A DNA stretch of 63,861 nt, counting the filler, from Barthelona sp. PAP020 (Eukaryota): NCBI GenBank assembly GCA_040182905.1. It is 3 parts of 3 records of this genome, joined end to end, with 100 filler letters (N's around TTAATTAATTAA, not from the genome) between each part and the next. Parts side by side here need not be neighbours in the genome. Positions count along the whole stretch, not along the records: positions 1 to 22,730 come from JARQWU010000173.1; 2 more parts are not named here. One strand, written 5' to 3'. This document shows positions 1 through 11,028 of this stretch, one piece after another (position 1 is the stretch's first letter; the number at the start of each line of letters is the position of its first letter). Below the pieces are notes generated by a model that saw only the letters and a list, made by a program, of their open reading frames with translations, was not told the DNA's origin and did no database searches. A program made the position numbers and the translations under genes.

Positions 1-108
1 ATCTAAAGTTTTTCAACAGATCAATCGGGCCTCGAAAGCCTTTAACCAAATAAACACTATTCTTTTTTATTCACTCATACGCACAGTGCTTCTTGGCTTG
101 GAAATAAC
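1..108. repeat. Dispersed ~110-bp repeat, copy A
   Basis: atctaaagtttttcaacagatcaatcgggcc...cgcacagtgcttcttggcttggaaataac recurs in the same orientation at 22396, 23450, 23972 and partially at 44287. Confidence 0.9.
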
Positions 109-372
109 TGCTGATTACTTACCATTTGGTTAGCCACAAGTTTTTCGCTCAAATTCAATTTTTTGTTTATCAGGAACTCTTTCACATTGCTCATGTTAAA
201 ACCCACTATTTTAAAAATTTACTCTCTTGAAATTCTGAGAGACCTCAAGAACTATTAATCGAATAAGCAATATCCTATTTGATTCCCTCATTCCTGCTGT
301 CCACCATGCTTCTTAGTCAAATAAAAAATTTGAGAAAAGAAAAAAATTTAAAACTAAGATATTTACATGATT

Positions 373-3300
373 TCAAGCATATATATACAATACACCACTT
401 TCAGAACCAATCACAACTGTATTGTCATTTACAAAGACTGTGGAAATGTTCTCTCCAACTTTTTCCAAAGATTTAATCTTTTTAAGACTAACAACATCAA
501 AAATTTCTATTACCCCATTAATAAAAGGTAATAACAGAGTTTGATGGTTATTTCTTGGTATTAAATCAACAATACGATTGGCTAAAGTTATTTGCGATAC
601 AAGAACACCATTTATTGAAAACAGTGATAAAGCACAAGATTGATTGTTAAAAGCCAAAACTGAATGATTGACGAACTTCAATAAGTCAATAGTTTTATGA
701 TTAGAAATGATTGAACGAATATACCTTCCTGTTGACAAAGAGTGTAAAATGATTGTTCCATCGTTTGATCCACTGGCAACAAGATCGAGTTCTGCTGAGA
801 TTGCAAGGGATACCACAGAATCATCATGACCAGAAAGCACAAATAAAGGCTCATTCGAAAAATAGCCATGATTATCTAATGCCCAAACCATTACAGTTGT
901 ATCTGCAGATCCAGTCACAAGATATCTGTTCAAAGGGTCAATACAAACACAAGAAACAACAGCTTTGTGATGTGTACCAATCTTCAACAATTTCATAGTT
1001 TCAACAGCCGTTAATTTAAATGACCAGTCCCAATGGCCAACCGTAAATAATAAAGAACCATCCTTTGAACAAGCAAACAACTTTTGTGTTGGAACAATAT
1101 CCAAAGCAAATTCATCAGAAACCCTTCTTGTCAATGAAGTAGATTCATCCAAATCAAGTGAAGGTCCAACGAGCTCATGAACACCAACTGAACGTTGTTT
1201 TGAAACAGTAATGATGCTTCGATTGATTTTGAAAACAAAAAGCAAAGAATCACTTACTTGCTCACTAATTCTCTGTTTAATAACACATTTCACACTGAAT
1301 AAAGGATCAACAGAGATATTACCACCTTGTGACATGATTTGTTTAACAGGATGAGGTTTTGTAAACAATTGAGATGGAGTTTGTCCAAAATGAATAATTT
1401 CAGAAGCCAACGCCTTGTACTGATCAGTATTTACATTGAGCTTTTCCAAATTTACATTATTCTGAGCATAAGTAACAGGCTTGAAAACATTTCTGCATAC
1501 TATAGCTTCTTCACCTTGTTGTTTATACCCAAAGATCAAATCTATCCACTCATTTAGATGTTTGGACACATAATCACTCTCTAAAGCCATTCGATGAATA
1601 TGAATGAATTCTTCAGGTGTTTTAGCCCAGTTTGGTAATTCAACGTTATCAATCGAATGAGATTCGAATTCTCCAAGCTCGATATTGTTGGGATTACGCA
1701 AAAAATCAGGTAAAAAGAAAAATTCAGGAATCAGCTCCCTATTATCCTGCCCATTTTGTATAACTGTGTTAAAAGTGTGTGGTAATGAAGTAAACAACCT
1801 GGCAGGATGGTCAATATGCCCATCTTGAAGCTCAATATGTAAACTCAAAAATGGTTCGAGTCTAAGAAGGAATCCAACAACATAGTAGGCGGTTGAATAA
1901 TGCGTTCCATGATGATATTTAAATTTTGGGTCTTGGTGCGAGTATTGATAATGGGTATCAATTTCTTCCAAATTATTCTCATCAATAGCACCCATTGGCC
2001 TAGAAAGGTCACGATATACGCTTGAATTTGCAAGATCCAAAGAACTTGATTCATAATCCTTGATAATCCATGGGAAAACAGGGTATTGTGAAATAACATT
2101 GTAGGAACGTCCAGCCAACGTGTTCAGATACATAAGATAATCGAAGTTACTGATCATACCGTTTACCCATTTACTGGTAATTTCACTGCTTAACTTATTT
2201 CCTATTGACACCAAATTCTTTGGTTTTAATGAAGTTAGAGCATTAATAAACTTTTGCTTATCATTCTCATTGAAGAAATTTACAAAATAGCTCTGTCCAC
2301 CAATAAGGAACAATTCAATAGCAGTATTAAGTAAAAGGTATCTTCTTAAATGCAATTGTGTAAGATTTTCAAGCTTCACTATAAAATCATTTGGTGCCTG
2401 AGAAGCCTGAGGGTCAAGAGAGAGAATATTTGAACGTTCTATATCTTCATTGGTCAGTTCACGTTTTGAAACAAATGTCAAATTTTGTTTGTTCAATCTA
2501 ATTTCACCAGATGTAACATGAGTAATTCGAACAATTTCTGCTGAGCACTTAAATTGTGTCTTTTCTTTACTTCGAGATTTCGTCAATAAATGAGCAGGTA
2601 AATATTGACTTTTTTGGATAGTTTCACGAACATTTGGGACTTCAAAGTCCGTTAATCTTCCTTCGACAATAAGATTTGCAAGGTTATCCAGATCACTAGT
2701 GCTATTATCATCATTACATAAGCTCGAAGAATTATCATCATTCAAACCACCAGATGTTCTCCATTTTTCATATGAAGTATTTTCATGCATGGATAAATTA
2801 TAGGACCTTCTTAGAATGGGTCGCATTCTATTTGGAGTTTCATAAGTGTCTAACTCATAGAGAATTGGCTCTGGTTCAAATATTTGGGAAACAGTACCAA
2901 TTTTCTTTTTTTCAACGTTTTGATTGATTAATACTAATGGAATCAATTGATTCATGTGAATATCAGCGATTTTACAAGAAAATGCTAAAGATTTGGTGTT
3001 AGAATGACTATCTCCATCCAAATATGTTAAACTAAATTGTTTAGTCCAAGGACCTCGATCAGATAAAACCTCTTTCAACAAACTATCCCAATATACCACA
3101 CTTTGTAAAATTCTTTCATTCTTTGCTTCTTCAACAAAACTTTGTCTATTTAATTCATGATGAACACGTTTTTTAATTAACATATTCGTAGAATCAATAG
3201 AATTTGCTGAGGCATCAATTATTTCTTGAGTAGATCGCATCAATTTTTTACTCAATTTCTCAATAGGTTGAGGATATTCACTAAAAAGTAACATGTTAAA

Positions 3301-6300
3301 CGAATAAAAGAAATCATCAAATTTAGCTAAGGTGTGCTTTTCGCTGAGGAAACTAACAACCTTAACTTGCAAATAATTAGCCCGATCATTAATTTTCCTT
3401 GTAAAAAGGTTGATTGATTCTGCCTCAAAAGAATCAAGCACACCACTAATCAACAATTGATAAAATTGATAAGGATCCTTAAGTCCCATTACACCCAACA
3501 CATCCATATTTTCGTCAAGAATCCTCACAGGTGTGGGAGAATTGACAGTAATCGAGTCAAAATGATTTTCTGTCTTAACTAAAATTCTGGAGCTCTTCCT
3601 TGGATCTCTTAAACCAAACCAAGTGAAAGAATTTTGAGAAACGGTAAAGTACTCAAACATAAATGCACCAAACAATTGTGTCAATTTTTGTAAGAGGGTC
3701 AAAAACACACCTAATGCGACGTATTGATCTAATTCCACAATGGTTTCTTTAACATCCTGTAAGTTGGTAATCTCCAATGTGATAGTATCACCATACTTAC
3801 TCAAATTGCGTGCAATACCATTTATGAGATGTCGACAAATCTTAAATACCAAACCAATCAAGAAGATAACAGTATCACTCTCCAATTCTCCTTCATTGTC
3901 ATGTAATACCTGTAAAACCAACAAAACATGATCAATTGAGTCTGTAATTATTTCAACATCATTAGGATGAAGGAATAATTGAGTTATTAATCTAAATAGA
4001 AACATATGAGTAACACCACCAGGTGGCAGTTGAGTGATAGCAGAAGCTTCAAGGAATGATGCTTCTTTAAATTCGATCACTTCATAATAACCCAAAGCTG
4101 CCAATGTTTCAACGAGAAGTTCAGTAGTTGTCAAGGAATCTGCTACAATCTTCGAAAACCTCTTTAACCCTTCAGGTAACAATGCATTGTGTAACATAAT
4201 ATGATAAGACAGATCAAATGCAGGCACATGAGAGGTATTACTAGGTATCAATTCCTGATAGAAAGATGGTAAAAATCCTGCTTGATTCTCATATCTGGCC
4301 TTTAAAATCAAACTCATGTGAGTGATTTCATCCGCCAAAGCAACAAAAAAAATCACATTTTCCAAAACATAATCTGAACGATCTTTAATTTGTGCACAAT
4401 CAACTTTGATGCTGGAAGATAACGCAAATATCAACGAATTACATAAAGGCAATGGATTCACTTGATGTTGTCCAGCATAGACAAACATAGAAGTAAAAAC
4501 ACGACGAATCCAACATCTAAATCCATTCGGAACATGTAAGAATGGAATAAACAATCTTGAAAGAATATTAAAACATAATTCAAAACAAAATCCAGCAAAA
4601 TCAACATAAGTATCGCTCAATAAGTTCTTTGAACGTATTTCAGAATGTGGTTTTTGAGAAAATCCTGATTCCAAACTTGGGCCTGGAGAAAGAAAAGGAT
4701 CTGTCAATGGATCACTATCAATACGCTTCTTATACCTTCTAACACGATCAATCATTGAATCAAACATGAACTTCAACAGAGAACTTTCATCATTTGTGTC
4801 GTTAGTTGAACCAAATTGAATATCGATAGTTTCTCCGTTTTCATGAAGATAATTCGCTATCTTAAACAATTTTAAAGGTTCAAAAACAACATGAAATAAA
4901 AATGGTTCCCAACCTGGACAATTTTTGATGAAGCTCAAGCTGGCTGAATCATTGGTTCCAAGGAGCATGTGAAAATCGCTCAAAGAGGTTAAAACAACAT
5001 ATTGAAGACTACTTATAACTGTTTCATCGAAACTATCAGCATTTTCAAACATTTCAGCGTGAAATTTAAAAGTACCAACCAAACTAGCAAGATAAATCGT
5101 TAACATCCAAGGATATTTAGATTCATGAAGTGCAACCTCAGTCCATAAGTCTAGCTCTGCATCAGGATCGTACAGGTTAACACTACCTTGCATCAACATT
5201 AGAATATGCCTCAATCCTATCAATGACCAAGGATAAGAAACACATATATTGGCTAATTGTACAGCAAATAATTGTTTATGAATAACTTCAGACATAATTA
5301 CTTGAGCTTCAGGTGAATTGTTTGATTCAAACATTTCCAAAAATAGATCAAGGGCTAAAAGCCTTGTTTCTTCACAATCTAAGCTGATTAACTTTGAAAT
5401 AATGGAAAAGACAAAGGGTCCACCAACAGAAGGATCGATTGCTTGATTAAATCCGGATTTACCATGCATAACAGACTTGACAAACCATTTAAACACATCA
5501 AGCACTTCAAATCCCAATTCAGCAGAAAGAAAGTAATTTACTAACGTATTCATTTGAGTGGGTGTCAATGAAAAGGTACAATAATCAATGCAATTGATAA
5601 TTATCGCTCTTAATGCCTTACATTCATCCAAAGATTGCTCAATATTGAAATTATTTTCTATTGCATAGCAAACTGAATGCTGAATGCTTAATTCATTAGA
5701 TAATAGATCTATTAATCTTGAAAAACCATCAATTGTGATAAATTGTCGTATTGAGTCATGACTACTTAAAAATAACAATAATTCAGTTAATATACCACTT
5801 TTCAATTCGAAAGTAGGTTGTTTAACCAAAAAAGACGCACTCAATAAAAAGGCATCAACAAAATATATCCCAACATCAGGTAATCTTGAAAACTTCCCTA
5901 TCAATAATTGAAGATCTCTTGTGTAATGACTAACACTAACATCTAATAACAATCGCCAAATAATTAAAGGACCTCCAATTGCAATAAATGTTGATCTGTT
6001 AGGTGGTGATCTTTCAAGGAGATTATAAAAAATCTTCAGAACACTAATCACATGTGGTTCTCTAGCAAAAGAAACTTGTTTTGCTTCCATATGAGGCATA
6101 CAATAATAACTCTTTGGTAAATCAAGTTGCATAAACAAAGGAAATAATAAGGCTATGCCTCCCAAGCTATAAATCAATTGTCTAAAATCAGAAGTGGAAA
6201 TCTTGCTTGAATTGGGCAACAGTTGAGCGTGTCTTTTATACATGCTATCACTGTGATCAAAAATTTGAAGACCATCTGTAGCCCTTGCTGAAAAAGCAAA

Positions 6301-9300
6301 AACAACGTGATTTGCAAGGTATTCCAGTTTCATGACACGCAACTTAAGATTCTTTTCTCCATACATGAAACTCAAATCATTCTTTAAATTGTGGAATGTT
6401 CGATCGTAATTAGGTCCTAAAAAGAATAAAGACAATACAATTTCATTTTCAATGGGCAAAAAAGTATTGAAGAAAAAAACAGGGCCAACAGAACCAACCA
6501 AGGTATGTTCCAAACTAGCTTCAAGCAATGGAGGAAAGACTGCAGAACCAACACGATTACGCACAAAAGGATGTGATGAAACAGGATAAGGAGTTTGGAA
6601 TTCACCAATAACAACCCCATCAACATATGCAAATATACTTGAAGGATGACGGAATGTTTGTGGAGACTGAGTAATGACAACATGATACCAGTGGTTCAAC
6701 TTCAGTTCGCAATCAAAAACAATTTTAACCTTGTTAATACTGACCACGATTGCACTCAATCCTTGCAGATATATTTCAAGGCCTTCTTCATGATCAGTCA
6801 ATAGAGAACACAGTCTTGGTTGACAACCACTTAAATTTGATGATTCAGCAATTTCTCCATCTGTGGTATTCATGTCATCTACACACACCCAAATAGAAAA
6901 AGCATATCCCTCTTCGGGAATAGCGTCCAATACAGGTAATTGTATACCAGAATCGATTCCATTCAGTTCAAAGAATGTTGAAGGACCTTCCTTTGGTGTG
7001 AGAGTCTTTGCTAATATCTCTAGCAGAGGAAAATGTAATGGTCTTAGATGCATAATAGGTTGAGAATCAATCTGAATATGTTGAGTTTGTAAAGTGTACA
7101 GCAAATATTTGATTTCCTTTGCATTCATGGCATGAATACATAATTGGGATAGTATTTTCAGTAACAGTTCAAGTATATGCTTATTATGAACAGTGGTAGC
7201 AATACCGATTGTATCACAACCAATTTCTTGTTGTGTTTCATTGTCCTCAACTACTAAGTCTTCAATTTCATGTTCTACAATATTTGTTTCATTCTTTTGT
7301 TGAGATATCGACTCATACACAATATGGTATCCTTCAGTGTGTCCATTGTTAACAACAACATAATCATTTTCCCAATTTTCCAAAAATTCTAACAACTGCA
7401 TTATAAGACCAGCTTCACATCCTACAGAACGGTTAAAATTGTTAGTAAACTGAAATAATAACACATTTAAAAAGAATGGTAACACCCTCTTATCAATAAC
7501 AGGTAATAAATTAAAAATGATTTTTAAAATGCCTGCATTTTTAAACAAATATGGTCTTTCTTTTAAACTCCAAGCATTTAACCAATTTTCATCTTTGAAT
7601 TCTTTCAACAAAGGATCTTCGATTGCATATAACGCTACTTCTTCATCCATTTCTTCTTGAACAGCGATAAAAGTAATTGGACATAAAGCGAATTCACCAT
7701 CTGTCAGTAAACTGAATAAAGGTCTTAAGAATTTCAAATTAACCATTCCATGACCAATATCTATAATGATTTGAATGAAATCTGTCTTAAAACAATAATT
7801 AGCCAGTTCTTTTTTGTTGATACGATTTTCACGAGAATAAACAACTAAGAATCTAAAAATTAAACCAATTAGGACATCAGTATTTTCATCTTTGTTAGAA
7901 ATATGTTGAGTCTTGAATAATTTGAACACAAAGTCTAAAACTCCATTCTCTCTGAAAACTCGCTGGAAATACACACTGTGTTCATTCAAAATAGTGATGA
8001 AAAAATTCAAAACTCGAATTATATAGTCGAAATGAATAGGACTAGGAGAAATTAGCTCCAAATTTTCAATAAAAATTGAAAAAAATTGTTTTTCAAGCTT
8101 CAACAGCTGATTATTAACCTTCTGAGATGTTGCAAGTACAATCATTATTCCACTCAACTCATGGAATGCATAATCTCTGAAATAAGGAACTAAAGAGAGA
8201 TGATTCAATAGATTTAGCACAAAAATATGACCCAGATGAAACATTCGTAATTTTTCTGTTGATAGCAAGAAGTGCAATATTCTTAATTGTAAAAGTAGCT
8301 CATGAAACTCAATACGAAATTTAAAAATATCCAAAACTTCATTGATTCTAGCATTTAGCAAAGATTCGCTACTAACTTCATTCACATATATACAATTTAA
8401 AATATTAGAAACAACATAAAATGACTCATCAAACGTTTCAATGATATGAGGAATTTGCGCTTTGTATTCATCAGAAGCATTGATCTTCGAAAATAAATCA
8501 GAAACCAACATATCAATACGATCACACAATTTTTCAGCAAAAACTTGTTTTTTGAAATGGGCTAAAATCTTTGGACATTGTGCTTTTAGCACAGTCACAA
8601 TTATTTTCCAGCCTTGCATACGTAAAAACGGTTCAGTGGCATCATCCAAAATAACTTGAATAAATCTGTCAAATAATTCAAATGATTTATATTTTTCAAT
8701 TGAACATAAAAATATGTTCAGCAAAAACTCAAATAATGATAGTAGAAAACTAAAAAACAACTTAGGAGGCCGAAAAGTCCCCGATAAGCCAGACCCAAAG
8801 TTCAAAAACTTATTGGACAATAGAATATGAAAAATATCAAACTGCAAGAATAAATCATAATTATTTTGAAACAAAAGTTTGAAAAAGTCAAGCAAGAAAA
8901 ATTGAACTTCAATTGTGGTTCCTTCCAATTCAAGACAAAGAGTTGATATATCTGGAATATTAACAAATTCAGGACTGGGATCAATAAGTGCATTTAAAAT
9001 AACTTCAACAACAGTTTTTTTTGCTTCAAAATCCAACTGATCACTCAGTAAAATCAAATTAAATTGCTGGAAAGTCTGTGATAATTCAACACATCGATGA
9101 TTAGCAACATTCTCAAAATATGGCAACATTCCAATTGTTTCCCATTTAGCTACATTCGATAGATGAAATAGAATTGAATCTGAAATATCCTCATATGAAG
9201 AACATCTCTGCTCTTGTAACGTTAAATTCTGTAAATCCAATAATCTCGGCCCATTAGCTTCACAATCAACTATATATTCAACATATTTTGTCAAATTAGT

Positions 9301-10839
9301 ATAATAACGTTTAGATGTCAACAGATCATTTATACATTTTTCCTTTTCTTCAGGAATCTGCCAATTTCCAATGAAATTGAACCATTGAGAAGGCAATAAA
9401 TTTAGTAGCTTTTCAATGTCACTGGAATCATCAATCAGATAGTGCTTCGTGAAATATAATTGAGGATATTTAGGTAAACTACTTGAAACAGCAAAGGTAC
9501 GACAAACAAACGCTAAATACCGACTCATGACTTGATCTCCTTGAAATCCAATCAATAACTCCAAATGTTGCGAAAAATAGAAATAGCAGAATCTAATTAT
9601 TGCCAAAATTTTAACCATAAAGTTAAAGACAACATTTGGTTCATCCTCAGACCAATCAACAGTCGAAGGAAAACAACTGATGTTCTTACAATGGTCAAAA
9701 AAATCATATCTCATATCTAACAAAGCCAATAATTCCACATGCAATTGACACTTGAATATCAATACAGAAGTACGGTAATGATCAGTAATTAACAAAGAAC
9801 CGATTGAATCAACAAAAAGATTCGATAACTTCCATGATAAATCGGTGTATTTCTCGATGTAATGGAAATGCTGCAATTTAGTGAACATATTCAAACACAC
9901 TTCAAAAAGACGTTTGCCTCTCAAAACACTCATGACATTAAATTGTAAATACTGAGGAATTAAGGAGTCTAATGGCGCAATCATATTGAATAAATCTTCC
10001 ACAGGTAAAACAGTTGTATCTTGAGATAGTGGGGGACTACAAGAAGACCAATCTCTTATATATATGATAGAAAGAATAAAATTGTTCAATCTCAGTCCAA
10101 ATTCATTGATGGCATGGATATAAGCTCCATACTGATTAATATTGTCTTGTTTCTTTATGATATCTGTCAATCTCATACATTTCAAAAACGTAAAGCAATG
10201 TACAGAAATTATAGTGAGAGTATCAACAGTTGTTAAGAAAATTGGAAAATCATTTATGAAAACATGGTCTTCCAAACACCTAACACCATATTTTTCCCAC
10301 TTTTTAAAAAAATAAGTCTTTTCAAGTATCAATAAGCATAAATCAATGATATACAATGAGTCATAGCAAGTTTCCAAGGAAGCTACACAATCACCATGTA
10401 TCGATAAATTAGAAGAGGCAGATAATGAATTTTGAGCAGTAACATTGAAATTTGATAATTCTTCATCAAAAAACAATCGAATGTTAGTCTCATTATCATC
10501 TATTTGTTGACTATCGATATAACTGGATAATGTAACAGCAAAAACATTTGAAACAGCAGTTAATACACTGGATATTTCAGAAGATAACGGTTCCGTTGTT
10601 TCAAAAAATTCCAAATCGTTTATTACTTCAATAAAATCCTTTGAAAAATCACCAAATAAATGTAACATATCATTAGGTTCTGTAGATTTGGTAATTTTAT
10701 CCCATTTTGGTATTAATTTACTACTTCCTCCAAAATCATCTTCTAATAATAATCGTGGTGGTGGTGGTTGTAATGGCACCTGTTCTGTTATATTTTCATC
10801 ACCTCCAAATACCTTAAATATATTCGAAAAGAAGGACAT
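373..10839 (-). CDS. BEACH-domain protein (neurobeachin/LYST-like: ConA-like, PH, BEACH, WD40)
   Basis: 3488-aa uninterrupted ORF; BEACH motifs ISNFDYLMYLNTLAGRSYN..QYPVFPW, HHGTHYS, RELIPEFF, LPNWA, WIDLIFGYKQQG, FGQTPSQLF; C-terminal WD40 repeats. Confidence 0.95.
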   Translation of the reverse strand: MSFFSNIFKVFGGDENITEQVPLQPPPPRLLLEDDFGGSSKLIPKWDKITKSTEPNDMLHLFGDFSKDFIEVINDLEFFETTEPLSSEISSVLTAVSNVFAVTLSSYIDSQQIDDNETNIRLFFDEELSNFNVTAQNSLSASSNLSIHGDCVASLETCYDSLYIIDLCLLILEKTYFFKKWEKYGVRCLEDHVFINDFPIFLTTVDTLTIISVHCFTFLKCMRLTDIIKKQDNINQYGAYIHAINEFGLRLNNFILSIIYIRDWSSCSPPLSQDTTVLPVEDLFNMIAPLDSLIPQYLQFNVMSVLRGKRLFEVCLNMFTKLQHFHYIEKYTDLSWKLSNLFVDSIGSLLITDHYRTSVLIFKCQLHVELLALLDMRYDFFDHCKNISCFPSTVDWSEDEPNVVFNFMVKILAIIRFCYFYFSQHLELLIGFQGDQVMSRYLAFVCRTFAVSSSLPKYPQLYFTKHYLIDDSSDIEKLLNLLPSQWFNFIGNWQIPEEKEKCINDLLTSKRYYTNLTKYVEYIVDCEANGPRLLDLQNLTLQEQRCSSYEDISDSILFHLSNVAKWETIGMLPYFENVANHRCVELSQTFQQFNLILLSDQLDFEAKKTVVEVILNALIDPSPEFVNIPDISTLCLELEGTTIEVQFFLLDFFKLLFQNNYDLFLQFDIFHILLSNKFLNFGSGLSGTFRPPKLFFSFLLSLFEFLLNIFLCSIEKYKSFELFDRFIQVILDDATEPFLRMQGWKIIVTVLKAQCPKILAHFKKQVFAEKLCDRIDMLVSDLFSKINASDEYKAQIPHIIETFDESFYVVSNILNCIYVNEVSSESLLNARINEVLDIFKFRIEFHELLLQLRILHFLLSTEKLRMFHLGHIFVLNLLNHLSLVPYFRDYAFHELSGIMIVLATSQKVNNQLLKLEKQFFSIFIENLELISPSPIHFDYIIRVLNFFITILNEHSVYFQRVFRENGVLDFVFKLFKTQHISNKDENTDVLIGLIFRFLVVYSRENRINKKELANYCFKTDFIQIIIDIGHGMVNLKFLRPLFSLLTDGEFALCPITFIAVQEEMDEEVALYAIEDPLLKEFKDENWLNAWSLKERPYLFKNAGILKIIFNLLPVIDKRVLPFFLNVLLFQFTNNFNRSVGCEAGLIMQLLEFLENWENDYVVVNNGHTEGYHIVYESISQQKNETNIVEHEIEDLVVEDNETQQEIGCDTIGIATTVHNKHILELLLKILSQLCIHAMNAKEIKYLLYTLQTQHIQIDSQPIMHLRPLHFPLLEILAKTLTPKEGPSTFFELNGIDSGIQLPVLDAIPEEGYAFSIWVCVDDMNTTDGEIAESSNLSGCQPRLCSLLTDHEEGLEIYLQGLSAIVVSINKVKIVFDCELKLNHWYHVVITQSPQTFRHPSSIFAYVDGVVIGEFQTPYPVSSHPFVRNRVGSAVFPPLLEASLEHTLVGSVGPVFFFNTFLPIENEIVLSLFFLGPNYDRTFHNLKNDLSFMYGEKNLKLRVMKLEYLANHVVFAFSARATDGLQIFDHSDSMYKRHAQLLPNSSKISTSDFRQLIYSLGGIALLFPLFMQLDLPKSYYCMPHMEAKQVSFAREPHVISVLKIFYNLLERSPPNRSTFIAIGGPLIIWRLLLDVSVSHYTRDLQLLIGKFSRLPDVGIYFVDAFLLSASFLVKQPTFELKSGILTELLLFLSSHDSIRQFITIDGFSRLIDLLSNELSIQHSVCYAIENNFNIEQSLDECKALRAIIINCIDYCTFSLTPTQMNTLVNYFLSAELGFEVLDVFKWFVKSVMHGKSGFNQAIDPSVGGPFVFSIISKLISLDCEETRLLALDLFLEMFESNNSPEAQVIMSEVIHKQLFAVQLANICVSYPWSLIGLRHILMLMQGSVNLYDPDAELDLWTEVALHESKYPWMLTIYLASLVGTFKFHAEMFENADSFDETVISSLQYVVLTSLSDFHMLLGTNDSASLSFIKNCPGWEPFLFHVVFEPLKLFKIANYLHENGETIDIQFGSTNDTNDESSLLKFMFDSMIDRVRRYKKRIDSDPLTDPFLSPGPSLESGFSQKPHSEIRSKNLLSDTYVDFAGFCFELCFNILSRLFIPFLHVPNGFRCWIRRVFTSMFVYAGQHQVNPLPLCNSLIFALSSSIKVDCAQIKDRSDYVLENVIFFVALADEITHMSLILKARYENQAGFLPSFYQELIPSNTSHVPAFDLSYHIMLHNALLPEGLKRFSKIVADSLTTTELLVETLAALGYYEVIEFKEASFLEASAITQLPPGGVTHMFLFRLITQLFLHPNDVEIITDSIDHVLLVLQVLHDNEGELESDTVIFLIGLVFKICRHLINGIARNLSKYGDTITLEITNLQDVKETIVELDQYVALGVFLTLLQKLTQLFGAFMFEYFTVSQNSFTWFGLRDPRKSSRILVKTENHFDSITVNSPTPVRILDENMDVLGVMGLKDPYQFYQLLISGVLDSFEAESINLFTRKINDRANYLQVKVVSFLSEKHTLAKFDDFFYSFNMLLFSEYPQPIEKLSKKLMRSTQEIIDASANSIDSTNMLIKKRVHHELNRQSFVEEAKNERILQSVVYWDSLLKEVLSDRGPWTKQFSLTYLDGDSHSNTKSLAFSCKIADIHMNQLIPLVLINQNVEKKKIGTVSQIFEPEPILYELDTYETPNRMRPILRRSYNLSMHENTSYEKWRTSGGLNDDNSSSLCNDDNSTSDLDNLANLIVEGRLTDFEVPNVRETIQKSQYLPAHLLTKSRSKEKTQFKCSAEIVRITHVTSGEIRLNKQNLTFVSKRELTNEDIERSNILSLDPQASQAPNDFIVKLENLTQLHLRRYLLLNTAIELFLIGGQSYFVNFFNENDKQKFINALTSLKPKNLVSIGNKLSSEITSKWVNGMISNFDYLMYLNTLAGRSYNVISQYPVFPWIIKDYESSSLDLANSSVYRDLSRPMGAIDENNLEEIDTHYQYSHQDPKFKYHHGTHYSTAYYVVGFLLRLEPFLSLHIELQDGHIDHPARLFTSLPHTFNTVIQNGQDNRELIPEFFFLPDFLRNPNNIELGEFESHSIDNVELPNWAKTPEEFIHIHRMALESDYVSKHLNEWIDLIFGYKQQGEEAIVCRNVFKPVTYAQNNVNLEKLNVNTDQYKALASEIIHFGQTPSQLFTKPHPVKQIMSQGGNISVDPLFSVKCVIKQRISEQVSDSLLFVFKINRSIITVSKQRSVGVHELVGPSLDLDESTSLTRRVSDEFALDIVPTQKLFACSKDGSLLFTVGHWDWSFKLTAVETMKLLKIGTHHKAVVSCVCIDPLNRYLVTGSADTTVMVWALDNHGYFSNEPLFVLSGHDDSVVSLAISAELDLVASGSNDGTIILHSLSTGRYIRSIISNHKTIDLLKFVNHSVLAFNNQSCALSLFSINGVLVSQITLANRIVDLIPRNNHQTLLLPFINGVIEIFDVVSLKKIKSLEKVGENISTVFVNDNTVVIGSESGVLYIYA

Positions 10840-11028
10840 TGAAAAAAATAATAATAATATTGTTTATTTCATTTTCTTTCATTCTTATTTGCAAGCAATT
10901 TGTTGAAATTGATTCAATTTTTTAAAATTACGTCAATGACAAAAAAATTGAAAGATATTAACTGATCTGAAAAAGTGATAGTACACTGTATAATCATTGG
11001 TAAACTTACCAAATTTTATATTTTTTAA

